Assembly: GCA_964016885.1 (NCBI GenBank)
Contig: OZ024744.1
Coordinates: 133,796,001-133,860,000, forward strand
Direction of reading: 5' to 3'
Length of the DNA: 64,000 nt
From: Eledone cirrhosa
Taxonomy: Eukaryota
The position numbers were made by a program, and so were the translations under genes. The first letter of the stretch is position 1; each line of letters opens with the position of its first letter. The notes under the pieces were generated by a model. It saw nothing but the letters and a program-made list of their open reading frames with translations, ran no database searches and had not been told where the DNA came from. Shown here piece after piece: positions 48,601-61,143 of this stretch.

Positions 48601-51600
48601 GTTAAGTTGAGGCTAAGTTAAGTTGGGGCTGAGTTAAGTTGGGGTTAAGTTAAGTTGGGGTTAAGTTAAGTTGGGGTTAATTTAAGTTGGGGTTTATTTA
48701 AGTTGGGGTTACGTTAAGTTGGTGTTAAGTTAAGTTGGGGTTAATTTAAGTTGGGGTTAATTAAGTTGGGGTTAAGTTAAGTTGGGGTTAAGTTAAGATG
48801 GGGTTAATTTAAGTTGGGATTGAGTTAAGTTGGGGTTAAGTTAAGTTGGGGTTAAGTTAAGTTGGTGTTAAGTTAAGTTGTGGCTAAGTTAAGTTGGGGC
48901 TGAGTTAAGTTGGGGCTGAGTTAAGTTGGGGTTAAGTTAAGTTGGGGTCAAGTTAAGTCGGGGTTAAGTTGGGGTTAAGTTAAGTTAGGGTTAAGTTAAG
49001 TCGGGGTTAAGTTAAGTTGGGGTTAAGTTAAGTTGGGGTTAAGTTAAGTTGGGGTTAAGTTAAGTTGGGGTTGAGTTAAGTTGGGGTTAAGTTAAGTTGG
49101 GGTCAAGTTAAGTCGGGGTTAAGTTGGGGTTAAGTTAAGTTAGGGTTAAGTTAAGTCGGGGTTAAGTTAAGTTGGGGTTAAGTTAAGTTGGGGTTAAGTT
49201 AAGTCGGGGTTAAGTTAAGTTGGGGTTAAGTTAAGTTGGGGTTAATTTAAGTTGGGGTTAAGTTAAGTTGGGGTTAAGTTAAGTTGGGGTTAAGTTAAGA
49301 TGGGGTTAAGTTAAGTTGGGGTTAAGTTAAGTTGAGGTTAAGTTAAGTTGGGGTTAAATTAAGTTGGGGTTAAGTTAAGTTGGGGTTAAGTTAAGTTGGG
49401 GTTAAGTTAAGTTGAGGATAAGTTAAGTTGGGGATAATTTAAGTTGGGGTTAAGTTAAGTTGGGTTTAAGTTAAGTTGGGGTTAAGTTAAGTTGGGGTTA
49501 AGTTAAGTTGGGGTTAAGTTAAGTTGGGGTTAAGTTAAGTTGGGGCTAAGTTAAGTTGGGGCTGAGTTAAGTTGGGGTTAAGTTAAGCTGGGGTTAAGTT
49601 AAGTTGGGGTTAAGTTAAGTTGGGGTTTATTTAAGTTGGGGTTAAATTAAGTTGGGGTTCAGTTAAGTTGGGGTTAAGATAAGTTGGGGTTAAGATGGGG
49701 TTAAATTAAGTTGGGGTTAAGTTAAGTTGGGGTTAAGTTAAGTTGGGGTTAAGTTAAGTTGGGGTTAAGTTAAGTCGGGGTTAAGTTAAGTCGGGGTTAA
49801 GTTAAGTTAGGGTTCAGTTAAGTTGGGGTTAAGTTAAGTTGGGGTTGAGTTAAGTTGGGGTTGAGTTAAATTGGGGTTGAGTTAAGTTGGGGTTGAGTTA
49901 AGTTGGTTTTGAGTTAAGTTGGGGTTAAGTTAAGTTGGGGTTAAGTTAAGTTGCAGTTAAGTTAAGTTGAGGTTAAGTTAAGGTGCGGTTAAGTTAAGTT
50001 GGGGTTAAGTTAAGTTGGGGCTAAGTTAAGTTGGGGCTAAGTTAAGTTGGGGCTAAGTTAAGTTGGGGTTAAGTTAAGTTGGGGTTAAGTTAAGTCGGGG
50101 TTAAGTTAAGTTGGGGTTAAGTTAAGTTGAGGTTAATTTAATTTGGGGTTAAGTTAAGTTGGGGTTAAGTTAAGTTGGGGCTAAGTTAAGTTGGGGTTAA
50201 GTTAAGTTGGGTTTAAGTTAAGTTGGTTAGTTAAGTTGAGTTTAAGTTAAGTTGGGGTTAATTTAAGTTGGGGTTAAGTTAAGTTGGGGTTAAGTTAAGT
50301 TGGGGTTAAGTTAAGTTGGGGTTAAGTTAAGTTGGGGTTAAGTTAAGTCGGGGTTAATTTAAGTCGGGGTTAAGTTAAGTTAGGGTTCAGTTAAGTTGGG
50401 GCTAAGTTAAGTTGGGGCTAAGTTAAGTTGGGGCTAAGTTAAGTTGGGGTTAAGTTAAGTTGGGGTTAAGTTAAGTCGGGGTTAAGTTAAGTTGAGGTTA
50501 AGTTAAGTTGGGGTTAAATTAAGTTGGGGTTAAGTTAAGTTGGGGTTAAGTTAAGTTGGGGTTAAGTTAAGTTGAGGATAAGTTAAGTTGGGGATAATTT
50601 AAGTTGGGGTTAAGTTAAGTTGGGTTTAAGTTAAGTTGGGGTTAAGTTAAGTTGGGGTTAAGTTAAGTTGGGGTTAAGTTAAGTTGGGGTTAAGTTAAGT
50701 TGGGGTTAAGTTAAGTCGGGGTTAAGTTAAGTTAGGGTTCAGTTAAGTTGGGGTTAAGTTAAGTTGGGGTTGAGTTAAGTTGAGGTTAAGTTAAGTTGGG
50801 GTTAAATTAAGTTGGGGTTAAGTTAAGTTGGGTTTAAGTTAAGTTGGGGTTAAGTTAAGTTGGGGTTAAGTTAAGATGGGGTTAAGTTAAGTTGGGGTTA
50901 AGTTAAGTTGAGGTTAAGTTAAGTTGGGGTTAAATTAAGTTGGGGTTAAGTTAAGTTGGGGTTAAGTTAAGTTGGGGTTAAGTTAAGTTGAGGATAAGTT
51001 AAGTTGGGGATAATTTAAGTTGGGGTTAAGTTAAGTTGGGTTTAAGTTAAGTTGGGGTTAAGTTAAGATGGGGTTAAGTTAAGTTGGGGTTAAGTTAAGA
51101 TGGGGTTAAGTTAAGTTGGGGTTAAGTTAAGTTGAGGTTAAGTTAAGTTGGGGTTAAATTAAGTTGGGGTTAAGTTAAGTTGGGGTTAAGTTAAGTTGGG
51201 GTTAAGTTAAGTTGAGGATAAGTTAAGTTGGGGATAATTTAAGTTGGGGTTAAGTTAAGTTGGGTTTAAGTTAAGTTGGGGTTAAGTTAAGTTGGAGTTA
51301 AGTTAAGTTGGGGTTAAGTTAAGTTGGGGTTAAGTTAAGTTGGGGCTAAGTTAAGTTGGGGCTGAGTTAAGTTGGGGTTAAGTTAAGCTGGGGTTAAGTT
51401 AAGTTGGGGTTAAGTTAAGTTGGGGTTTATTTAAGTTGGGGTTAAATTAAGTTGGGGTTCAGTTAAGTTGGGGTTAAGATAAGTTGGGGTTAAGATGGGG
51501 TTAAATTAAGTTGGGGTTAAGTTAAGTTGGGGTTAAGTTAAGTTGGGGTTAAGTTAAGTTGGGGTTAAGTTAAGTCGGGGTTAAGTTAAGTCGGGGTTAA

Positions 51601-54600
51601 GTTAAGTTAGGGTTCAGTTAAGTTGGGGTTAAGTTAAGTTGGGGTTGAGTTAAGTTGGGGTTGAGTTAAATTGGGGTTGAGTTAAGTTGGTTTTGAGTTA
51701 AGTTGGGGTTAAGTTAAGTTGGGGTTAAGTTAAGTTGCAGTTAAGTTAAGTTGAGGTTAAGTTAAGGTGCGGTTAAGTTAAGTTGGGGTTAAGTTAAGTT
51801 GGGGCTAAGTTAAGTTGGGGCTAAGTTAAGTTGGGGCTAAGTTAAGTTGGGGTTAAGTTAAGTTGGGGTTAAGTTAAGTCGGGGTTAAGTTAAGTTGGGG
51901 TTAAGTTAAGTTGAGGTTAATTTAATTTGGGGTTAAGTTAAGTTGGGGTTAAGTTAAGTTGGGGCTAAGTTAAGTTGGGGTTAAGTTAAGTTGGGTTTAA
52001 GTTAAGTTGGGGTTAAGTTAAGTTGGTTAGTTAAGTTGAGTTTAAGTTAAGTTGGGGTTAATTTAAGTTGGGGTTAAGTTAAGTTGGGGTTAAGTTAAGT
52101 TGGGGTTAAGTTAAGTTGGGGTTAAGTTAAGTTGGGGTTAAGTTAAGTCGGGGTTAATTTAAGTCGGGGTTAAGTTAAGTTAGGGTTCAGTTAAGTTGGG
52201 GTTAAGTTAAGTTGGGGTTGAGTTAAGTTGGGGTTGAGTTAAATTGGCGTTGAGTTAAGTTGGGGTTGAGTTAAGTTGGTGTTGAGTTAAGTTGGGGTTA
52301 AGTTAAGTTGGGGTTAAGTTAAGTTGCAGTTAAGTTAAGTTGAGGTTAAGTTAAGGTGGGGTTAAGTTAAGTCGGGGTTAAGTTAAGTTGTGGTTGAGTT
52401 AAGTTGGGGTTAATTTAAGTTGGGGCTAAGTTAATTTGTGGTTAAGTTAAGTTGGGGTTAAGTTAAGTTGGGGTTAAGTTAAGTTGGGGTTGAGTTAAGT
52501 TGGGGTTGAGTTAATTTGGGGTTAAGTTAAGTTGGGGTTAAGTTAAGTTGGGTTTAAGTTAAGTAGGGGTTAAATTAAGTTGGGGTTAAATTAAGGTGGG
52601 GTGAAGTTAAGTTGGGGGTAAGTTAAGTTGGGGGCAAGTTAAGTTGGGGTTAATTTAAGTTGGGGTTAAATTAAGTTGGGGTTACGTTAAGTTGGTGTTA
52701 AGTTAAGTTGGGGTTAATTTAAGTTGGGGTTAATTAAGTTGGGGTTAAGTTAAGTTGGGGTTAAGTTAAGTTGGGGTTAGTTTAAGTTGGGGTTGAGTTA
52801 AGTTGGAGTTCAGTTAAGTTGGGGATAGGTTAAGTTGGGGTTAAGTTAAGTTGGGGTTAAGTTAAGTTGGGGTTAAGTTAAGTTGGTGTTAAGTTAAGTT
52901 GGGGCTAAGTTAAGTTGGGGCTGAGTTAAGTTGGGGCTGAGTTAAGTTGGGGTTAAGTTAAGTTGGGGTTGAGTTAAGTTGGGGTTAAGTTAAGTTGGGG
53001 TCAAGTTAAGTTGGGGTTAAGTTGGGGTTAAGTTAAGTTAGGTTTAAGTTAAGTTGGGGTTAAGTTAAGTTGGGGTTAAGTTAAGTTGGGGTTAAGTTAA
53101 GTTGGGGTTAAGTTAATTTGTGGTTAAGTTAAGTTGGGGTTAATTTAAGTTGGGGTTAAGTTAAGTTGGGGTTAAGTTAAGTCGGGGTTAAGTTAAGTTG
53201 GGGTTAAGTTAAGTTGGGGTTAATTTAAGTTGGGGTTAAGTTAAGTTGGGGTTAAGTTAAGTTGGGGTTAAGTTAAGTTGAGGTTAAGTTAAGTTGGGGT
53301 TAAATTAAGTTGGGGTTAAGTTAAGTTGGGGTTAAGTTAAGTTGGGGTTAAGTTAAGTTGGGGATAAGTTAAGTTGGGGATAATTTAAGTTGGGGTTAAG
53401 TTAAGTTGGGTTTAAGTTAAGTTGGGGATAAGTTAAGTTGGGGATAAGTTAAGTTGGGGTTAAGTTAAGTTGGGGTTAAGTTAAGTTGGGGTTAAGTTAA
53501 GTTGGAGCTAAGTTAAGTTGGGGCTGAGTTAAGTTGGGGTTAAGTTAAGTTGGGGTTAAGTTAAGTTGGGGTTAATTTAAGTTGGGGTTTATTTAAGTTG
53601 GGGTTACGTTAAATTGGTGTTAAGTTAAGTTGGGGTTAATTTAAGTTGGGGTTAATTAAGTTGGGGTTAAGTTAAGTTGGGGTTAATTTAAGTTGGGGTT
53701 AATTTAAGTTGGGGTTGAGTTAAGTTGGGGTTAAGTTAAGTTGGGGTTATATTAAGTTGGGGTTAAGTTAAGTTGGGGTTCAGTTAAGTTGGGGATAAGT
53801 TAAGTTGGGGTTAAGTTAAGTTGGAGTTAAGTTAAGTTGGGGTTAAGTTAAGTTGGTGTTAAGTTAAGTTGGGGCTAATTTAAGTTGGGGCTGAGTTAAG
53901 TTGGGGCTGAGTTAAGTTGGGGTTAAGTTAAGTTGGGGTCAAGTTCAGTTGGGGTTAAGTTGGGGTTAAGTTAAGTTAGGTTTAAGTTAAGTTGGGGTTA
54001 AGTTAAGTTGGGGTTAAGTTAAGTTGGGGTTAAATTAAGTTGGGGTTAAGTTAAGTTGGGGTTAAGTTAATTTGTGGTTAAGTTAAGTTGGGGTTAAGTT
54101 AAGTTGGGGTTAAATTAAGTTGGGGTTAAGTTAAGTCGGGGTTAAGTTAAGTTGGGGTTAAGTTAAGTTGGGGTTAATTTAAGTTGGGGTTAAGTTAAGT
54201 TGGGGTCAAGTTAAGTTGGGGTTAAGTTGGGGTTAAGTTAAGTTAGGTTTAAGTTAAGTTGGGGTTAAGTTAAGTTGGGGTTAAGTTAAGTTGGGGTTAA
54301 GTTAAGTTGGGGTTAAGTTAATTTGTGGTTAGGTTAAGTTGGGGTTAAGTTAAGTTGGGCTTAAGTTAAGTTGGGGTTAAGTTAAGTCGGGGTTAAGTTA
54401 AGTTGGGGTTAAGTTAAGTTGGGGTTAATTTAAGTTGGGGTTTATTTAAGTTGGGGTTACGTTAAGTTGGTGTTAAGTTAAGTTGGGGTTAATTTAAGTT
54501 GGGGTTAATTAAGTTGGGGTTAAGTTAAGTTGGGGTTAAGTTAAGATGGGGTTAATTTAAGTTGGGGTTGAGTTAAGTTGGGGTTAAGTTAAGTTGGGGT

Positions 54601-55028
54601 TATATTAAGTTGGGGTTAAGTTAAGTTGGGGTTCAGTTAAGTTGGGGATAAGTTAAGTTGGGGTTAAATTAAGTTGGGGTTAAGTTAAGTTGGGGTTAAG
54701 TTAAGTTGGTGTTAAGTTAAGTTGTGGCTAAGTTAAGTTGGCGCTGAGTTAAGTTGGGGTTAATTTAAGTTGGGGTTAAGTTAAGTTGGGATTAATTTAA
54801 GTTGGGGTTTATTTAAGTTGGGGTTACGTTAAGTTGGTGTTAAGTTAAGTTGGGGTTAATTTAAGTTGGGGTTAATTAAGTTGGGGTTAAGTTAAGTTGG
54901 GGTTAAGTTAAGATGGGGTTAATTTAAGTTGCGGTTGAGTTAAGTTGGGGTTAAGTTAAGTTGGGGTTATATTAAGTTGGGGTTAAGTTAAGTTGGGGTT
55001 CAGTTAAGTTGGGGATAAGTTAAGTTGG

Positions 55029-58000
55029 GGTTAAGTTAAGTTGGGGTTAAGTTAAGTTGGGGTTAAGTTAAGTTGGTGTTAAGTTAAGTTGTGGCTAAGT
55101 TAAGTTGGGGCTGAGTTAAGTTGGGGCTGAGTTAAGTTGGGGTTAAGTTAAGTTGGGGTTGAGTTAAGTTGGGGTTAAGTTAAGTTGGGGTCAAGTTAAG
55201 TTGGGGTTAAGTTGGGGTTAAGTTAAGTTAGGTTTAAGTTAAGTTGGGGTTAAGTTAAGTTGGGGTTAAGTTAAGTTGGGGTTAAGTTAAGTTGGGGTTA
55301 AGTTAAGTTGGGGTTAAGTTAATTTGTGGTTAAGTTAAGTTGGGGTTAAGTTAAGTTGGGGTTAAGTTAAGTTGGGGTTAAGTTAAGTCGGGGTTAAGTT
55401 AAGTTGGGGTTAAGTTAAGTTGGGGTTAATTTAAGTTGGGGTTAAGTTAAGTTGGGGTTAAGTTAAGTTGGGGTTAAGTTAAGATGGGGTTAAGTTAAGT
55501 TGGGGTTAAGTTAAGTTGAGGTTAAGTTAAGTTGGGGTTAAATTAAGTTGGGGTTAAGTTAAGTTGGGGTTAAGTTAAGTTGGGGCTAAGTTAAGTTGGG
55601 GCTGAGTTAAGTTGGGGTTAAGTTAATTTGGGGTTAAGTTAAGTTGGGGTTAAGTTAAGTTGGGGTTTATTTAAGTTGGGGTTAAATTAAGTTGGGGTTC
55701 AGTTAAGTTGGGGTTAAGATAAGTTGGGGTTAAGATGGGGTTAAATTAAGTTGGGGTTAAGTTAAGTTGGGGTTAAGTTAAGTTGGGGTTAAGTTAAGTT
55801 GGGGTTAAGTTAAGTCGGGGTTAAGTTAAGTCGGGGTTAAGTTAAGTTAGGGTTCAGTTAAGTTGGGGTTAAGTTAAGTTGGGGTTGAGTTAAGTTGGGG
55901 TTGAGTTAAATTGGGGTTGAGTTAAGTTGGGGTTGAGTTAAGTTGGTTTTGAGTTAAGTTGGGGTTAAGTTAAGTTGGGGTTAAGTTAAGGTGCGGTTAA
56001 GTTAAGTTGGGGTTAAGTTAAGTTGGGGCTAAGTTAAGTTGGGGCTAAGTTAAGTTGGGGCTAAGTTAAGTTGGGGTTAAGTTAAGTTGGGGTTAAGTTA
56101 AGTCGGGGTTAAGTTAAGTTGGGGTTAAGTTAAGTTGAGGTTAATTTAATTTGGGGTTAAGTTAAGTTGGGGTTAAGTTAAGTTGGGGTTAAGTTAAGTT
56201 GGGTTTAAGTTAAGTTGGGGTTAAGTTAAGTTGGGGTCAAGTTAAGTTGGGGTTAAGTTAAGTTGGGGTTGAGTTAAGTTGGGGTTGAGTTAAATTGGCG
56301 TTGAGTTAAGTTGGGGTTGAGTTAAGTTGGTGTTGAGTTAAGTTGGGGTTAAGTTAAGTTGGGGTTAAGTTAAGTTGCAGTTAAGTTAAGTTGAGGTTAA
56401 GTTAAGGTGGGGTTAAGTTAAGTCGGGGTTAAGTTAAGTTGTGGTTGAGTTAAGTTGGGGTTAATTTAAGTTGGGGCTAAGTTAATTTGTGGTTAAGTTA
56501 AGTTGGGGTTAAGTTAAGTTGGGGTTAAGTTAAGTTGGTGTTAAGTTAAGTTGTGGCTAAGTTAAGTTGGGGCTGAGTTAAGTTGGGGCTGAGTTAAGTT
56601 GGGGTTAAGTTAAGTTGGGGTTGAGTTAAGTTGGGGTTAAGTTAAGTTGGGGTCAAGTTAAGTTGGGGTTAAGTTGGGGTTAAGTTAAGTTAGGTTTAAG
56701 TTAAGTTGGGGTTAAGTTAAGTTGGGGTTAAGTTAAGTTGGGGTTAAGTTAAGTTGGGGTTAAGTTAAGTTGGGGTTAAGTTAATTTGTGGTTAAGTTAA
56801 GTTGGGGTTAAGTTAAGTTGGGGTTAAGTTAAGTTGGGGTTAAGTTAAGTCGGGGTTAAGTTAAGTTGGGGTTAAGTTAAGTTGGGGTTAATTTAAGTTG
56901 GGGTTAAGTTAAGTTGGGGTTAAGTTAAGTTGGGGTTAAGTTAAGATGGGGTTAAGTTAAGTTGGGGTTAAGTTAAGTTGAGGTTAAGTTAAGTTGGGGT
57001 TAAATTAAGTTGGGGTTAAGTTAAGTTGGGGTTAAGTTAAGTTGGGGCTAAGTTAAGTTGGGGCTGAGTTAAGTTGGGGTTAAGTTAATTTGGGGTTAAG
57101 TTAAGTTGGGGTTAAGTTAAGTTGGGGTTTATTTAAGTTGGGGTTAAATTAAGTTGGGGTTCAGTTAAGTTGGGGTTAAGATAAGTTGGGGTTAAGATGG
57201 GGTTAAATTAAGTTGGGGTTAAGTTAAGTTGGGGTTAAGTTAAGTTGGGGTTAAGTTAAGTTGGGGTTAAGTTAAGTCGGGGTTAAGTTAAGTCGGGGTT
57301 AAGTTAAGTTAGGGTTCAGTTAAGTTGGGGTTAAGTTAAGTTGGGGTTGAGTTAAGTTGGGGTTGAGTTAAATTGGGGTTGAGTTAAGTTGGGGTTGAGT
57401 TAAGTTGGTTTTGAGTTAAGTTGGGGTTAAGTTAAGTTGGGGTTAAGTTAAGGTGCGGTTAAGTTAAGTTGGGGTTAAGTTAAGTTGGGGCTAAGTTAAG
57501 TTGGGGCTAAGTTAAGTTGGGGCTAAGTTAAGTTGGGGTTAAGTTAAGTTGGGGTTAAGTTAAGTCGGGGTTAAGTTAAGTTGGGGTTAAGTTAAGTTGA
57601 GGTTAATTTAATTTGGGGTTAAGTTAAGTTGGGGTTAAGTTAAGTTGGGGTTAAGTTAAGTTGGGTTTAAGTTAAGTTGGGGTTAAGTTAAGTTGGGGTC
57701 AAGTTAAGTTGGGGTTAAGTTAAGTTGGGGTTGAGTTAAGTTGGGGTTGAGTTAAATTGGCGTTGAGTTAAGTTGGGGTTGAGTTAAGTTGGTGTTGAGT
57801 TAAGTTGGGGTTAAGTTAAGTTGGGGTTAAGTTAAGTTGCAGTTAAGTTAAGTTGAGGTTAAGTTAAGGTGGGGTTAAGTTAAGTCGGGGTTAAGTTAAG
57901 TTGTGGTTGAGTTAAGTTGGGGTTAATTTAAGTTGGGGCTAAGTTAATTTGTGGTTAAGTTAAGTTGGGGTTAAGTTAAGTTGGGGTTAAGTTAAGTTGG
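55029..58000 (+). repeat. Tandem duplication, period 1,462 bp
   Basis: Markers: GGTG 55077/56539 and GGTGCGG 55994/57456. The match ends at 58000/58001. Confidence 0.85.
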
Positions 58001-59034
58001 GTTTGAGTTAAGTTGGGGTTGAGTTAATTTGGGGTTAAGTTAAGTTGGGGTTAAGTTAAGTTGGGTTTAAGTTAAGTTGGGGTTAAATTAAGTTGGGGTT
58101 AAATTAAGTTGGGGTTAAGTTAAGTTGGGGGTAAGTTAAGTTGGGGGCAAGTTAAGTTGGGGTTAATTTAAGTTGGGGTTAAATTAAGTTGGGGTTACGT
58201 TAAGTTGGTGTTAAGTTAAGTTGGGGTTAATTTAAGTTGGGGTTAATTAAGTTGGGGTTAAGTTAAGTTGGGGTTAAGTTGGGGTTAAGTTAAGTTGGGG
58301 TTAAGTTAAGTTGGGGTTAAGTTAAGTTGAGGTTAAGTTAAGTTGGGGTTAAATTAAGTTGGGGGTACGTTAAGTTGGGGTTAAGTTAAGTTGGGGTTAA
58401 GTTAAGTTGGGGTTAAGTTAAGTTGGGGTTAAGTTAAGTTGGGGTTAAGTTAAGTTGGTGTTAAGTTAAGTTGGGGCTAAGTTAAGTTGGGGCTGAGTTA
58501 AGTTGGGGCTGAGTTAAGTTGGGGTTAAGTTAAGTTGGGGTTGAGTTAAGTTGGGGTTAAGTTAAGTTGGAGTCAAGTTAAGTTGGGGTTAAGTTGGGGT
58601 TAAGTTAAGTTAGGTTTAAGTTAAGTTGGGGTTAAGTTAAGTTGGGGTTAAGTTAAGTTGGGGTTAAGTTAAGTTGGGGTTAAGTTAAGTTGGGGTTAAG
58701 TTAATTTGTGGTTAAGTTAAGTTGGGGTTAAGTTAAGTTGGGGTTAAGTTAAGTTGGGGTTAAGTTAAGTCGGGGTTAAGTTAAGTTGGGGTTAAGTTAA
58801 GTTGGGGTTAATTTAAGTTGGGGTTGAATTAAGTTGGGGTTAAGTTAAGTTGGGGTTAAATTAAGTTGGGGTTAAGTTAAGTTGGGGTTAAGTCAAGTTG
58901 GGGTTAAGTTAAGTTGGGGATAAGTTAAGTTGGGGATAATTTAAGTTGGGGTTAAGTTAAGTTGGGTTTAAGTTAAGTTGGGGTTAAGTTAAGTTGGGGT
59001 TAAGTTAAGTTGGGGTTAAGTTAAGTTGGGGTTA

Positions 59035-60610
59035 AGTTAAGTTGGGGTTAATTAAGTTGGGGTTAAGTTAAGTTGGGGTTAAGTTAAGATGGGGTTAATT
59101 TAAGTTGGGGTTGAGTTAAGTTGGGGTTAAGTTAAGTTGGGGTTATATTAAGTTGGGGTTAAGTTAAGTTGGGGTTCAGTTAAGTTGGGGATAAGTTAAG
59201 TTGGGGTTAAGTTAAGTTGGGGTTAAGTTAAGTTGGGGTTAAGTTAAGTTGGTGTTAAGTTAAGTTGTGGCTAAGTTAAGTTGGCGCTGAGTTAAGTTGG
59301 GGTTAAGTTAAGTTGGGGTTAAGTTAAGTTGGGATTAATTTAAGTTGGGGTTTATTTAAGTTGGGGTTACGTTAAGTTGGTGTTAAGTTAAGTTGGGGTT
59401 AATTTAAGTTGGGGTTAATTAAGTTGGGGTTAAGTTAAGTTGGGGTTAAGTTAAGATGGGGTTAATTTAAGTTGCGGTTGAGTTAAGTTGGGGTTAAGTT
59501 AAGTTGGGGTTATATTAAGTTGGGGTTAAGTTAAGTTGGGGTTCAGTTAAGTTGGGGATAAGTTAAGTTGGGGTTAAGTTAAGTTGGGGTTAAGTTAAGT
59601 TGGGGTTAAGTTAAGTTGGTGTTAAGTTAAGTTGTGGCTAAGTTAAGTTGGGGCTGAGTTAAGTTGGGGCTGAGTTAAGTTGGGGTTAAGTTAAGTTGGG
59701 GTTGAGTTAAGTTGGGGTTAAGTTAAGTTGGGGTCAAGTTAAGTTGGGGTTAAGTTGGGGTTAAGTTAAGTTAGGTTTAAGTTAAGTTGGGGTTAAGTTA
59801 AGTTGGGGTTAAGTTAAGTTGGGGTTAAGTTAAGTTGGGGTTAAGTTAAGTTGGGGTTAAGTTAATTTGTGGTTAAGTTAAGTTGGGGTTAAGTTAAGTT
59901 GGGGTTAAGTTAAGTTGGGGTTAAGTTAAGTCGGGGTTAAGTTAAGTTGGGGTTAAGTTAAGTTGGGGTTAATTTAAGTTGGGGTTAAGTTAAGTTGGGG
60001 TTAAGTTAAGTTGGGGTTAAGTTAAGATGGGGTTAAGTTAAGTTGGGGTTAAGTTAAGTTGAGGTTAAGTTAAGTTGGGGTTAAATTAAGTTGGGGTTAA
60101 GTTAAGTTGGGGTTAAGTTAAGTTGGGGCTAAGTTAAGTTGGGGCTGAGTTAAGTTGGGGTTAAGTTAATTTGGGGTTAAGTTAAGTTGGGGTTAAGTTA
60201 AGTTGGGGTTTATTTAAGTTGGGGTTAAATTAAGTTGGGGTTCAGTTAAGTTGGGGTTAAGATAAGTTGGGGTTAAGATGGGGTTAAATTAAGTTGGGGT
60301 TAAGTTAAGTTGGGGTTAAGTTAAGTTGGGGTTAAGTTAAGTTGGGGTTAAGTTAAGTCGGGGTTAAGTTAAGTCGGGGTTAAGTTAAGTTAGGGTTCAG
60401 TTAAGTTGGGGTTAAGTTAAGTTGGGGTTGAGTTAAGTTGGGGTTGAGTTAAATTGGGGTTGAGTTAAGTTGGGGTTGAGTTAAGTTGGTTTTGAGTTAA
60501 GTTGGGGTTAAGTTAAGTTGGGGTTAAGTTAAGGTGCGGTTAAGTTAAGTTGGGGTTAAGTTAAGTTGGGGCTAAGTTAAGTTGGGGCTAAGTTAAGTTG
60601 GGGCTAAGTT
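59035..60610 (+). repeat. Dispersed copy of about 54490-56070 (offset +4,543)
   Basis: Markers: GGCGCTGAG 54742/59285 and GGTGCGG 55994/60537. Both copies lack the TTGCAG-TTGAGG units that usually precede GGTGCGG. Confidence 0.75.
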
Positions 60611-60943
60611 AAGTTGGGGCTAAGTTAAGTTGGGGTTAAGTTAAGTTGGGGTTAAGTTAAGTCGGGGTTAAGTTAAGTTGGGGTTAAGTTAAGTTGGGGT
60701 TAATTTAAGTTGGGGTTAAGTTAAGTCGGGGTTAAGTTAAGTTGGGGTTAAGTTAAGTTGGGGTTAAGTTAAGTTGGGTTTAAGTTAAGTTGGGGTTAAG
60801 TTAAGTTGGGGTTAAGTTAAGTTGGGGTTAAGTTAAGTTGGTTAGTTAAGTTGAGTTTAAGTTAAGTTGGGGTTAATTTAAGTTGGGGTTAAGTTATGTT
60901 GGGGTTAAGTTAAGTTGGGGTTAAGTTAAGTTGGGGTTAAGTT

Positions 60944-60997
60944 AAGTTGGGGTTAAGTTAAGTTGGGGTTAACCCCAACTTAACTTAACCCCAACTT
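60944..60997. repeat. Perfect 54-bp palindrome at the left junction of cassette 2
   Basis: Same structure as 37632-37685, centred between 60970 and 60971. Confidence 0.93.
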
Positions 60998-61143
60998 CAC
61001 TCAACCCCAACGTAACTCAACCCCAACTTAACTTAACCCCAACTTCACTCAACCCCAACTTAACTTAACCCCAACTTCACTCAACCCCAACTTCCAACTT
61101 GACTTAACCCCAACTTAACTTAGCCCCAACTTAACTTAAGCCC
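60971..61143 (-). repeat. Inverted cassette 2: copy of cassette 1 at offset +23,312
   Basis: Same junctions and the same internal variants (CTTCACTC x3, AACGTAACTC, CTTCCAACTTGAC, CTTAGCCCC, TTAAGCCC) in the same order. Confidence 0.97.

Noticed and set aside
37659-60971. Cassette spacing of 23,312 is an exact multiple of 16 (1,457 units)
   Set aside because: Many 11-, 14-, 15- and 17-bp units lie between the cassettes, so this is about a 1-in-16 coincidence.
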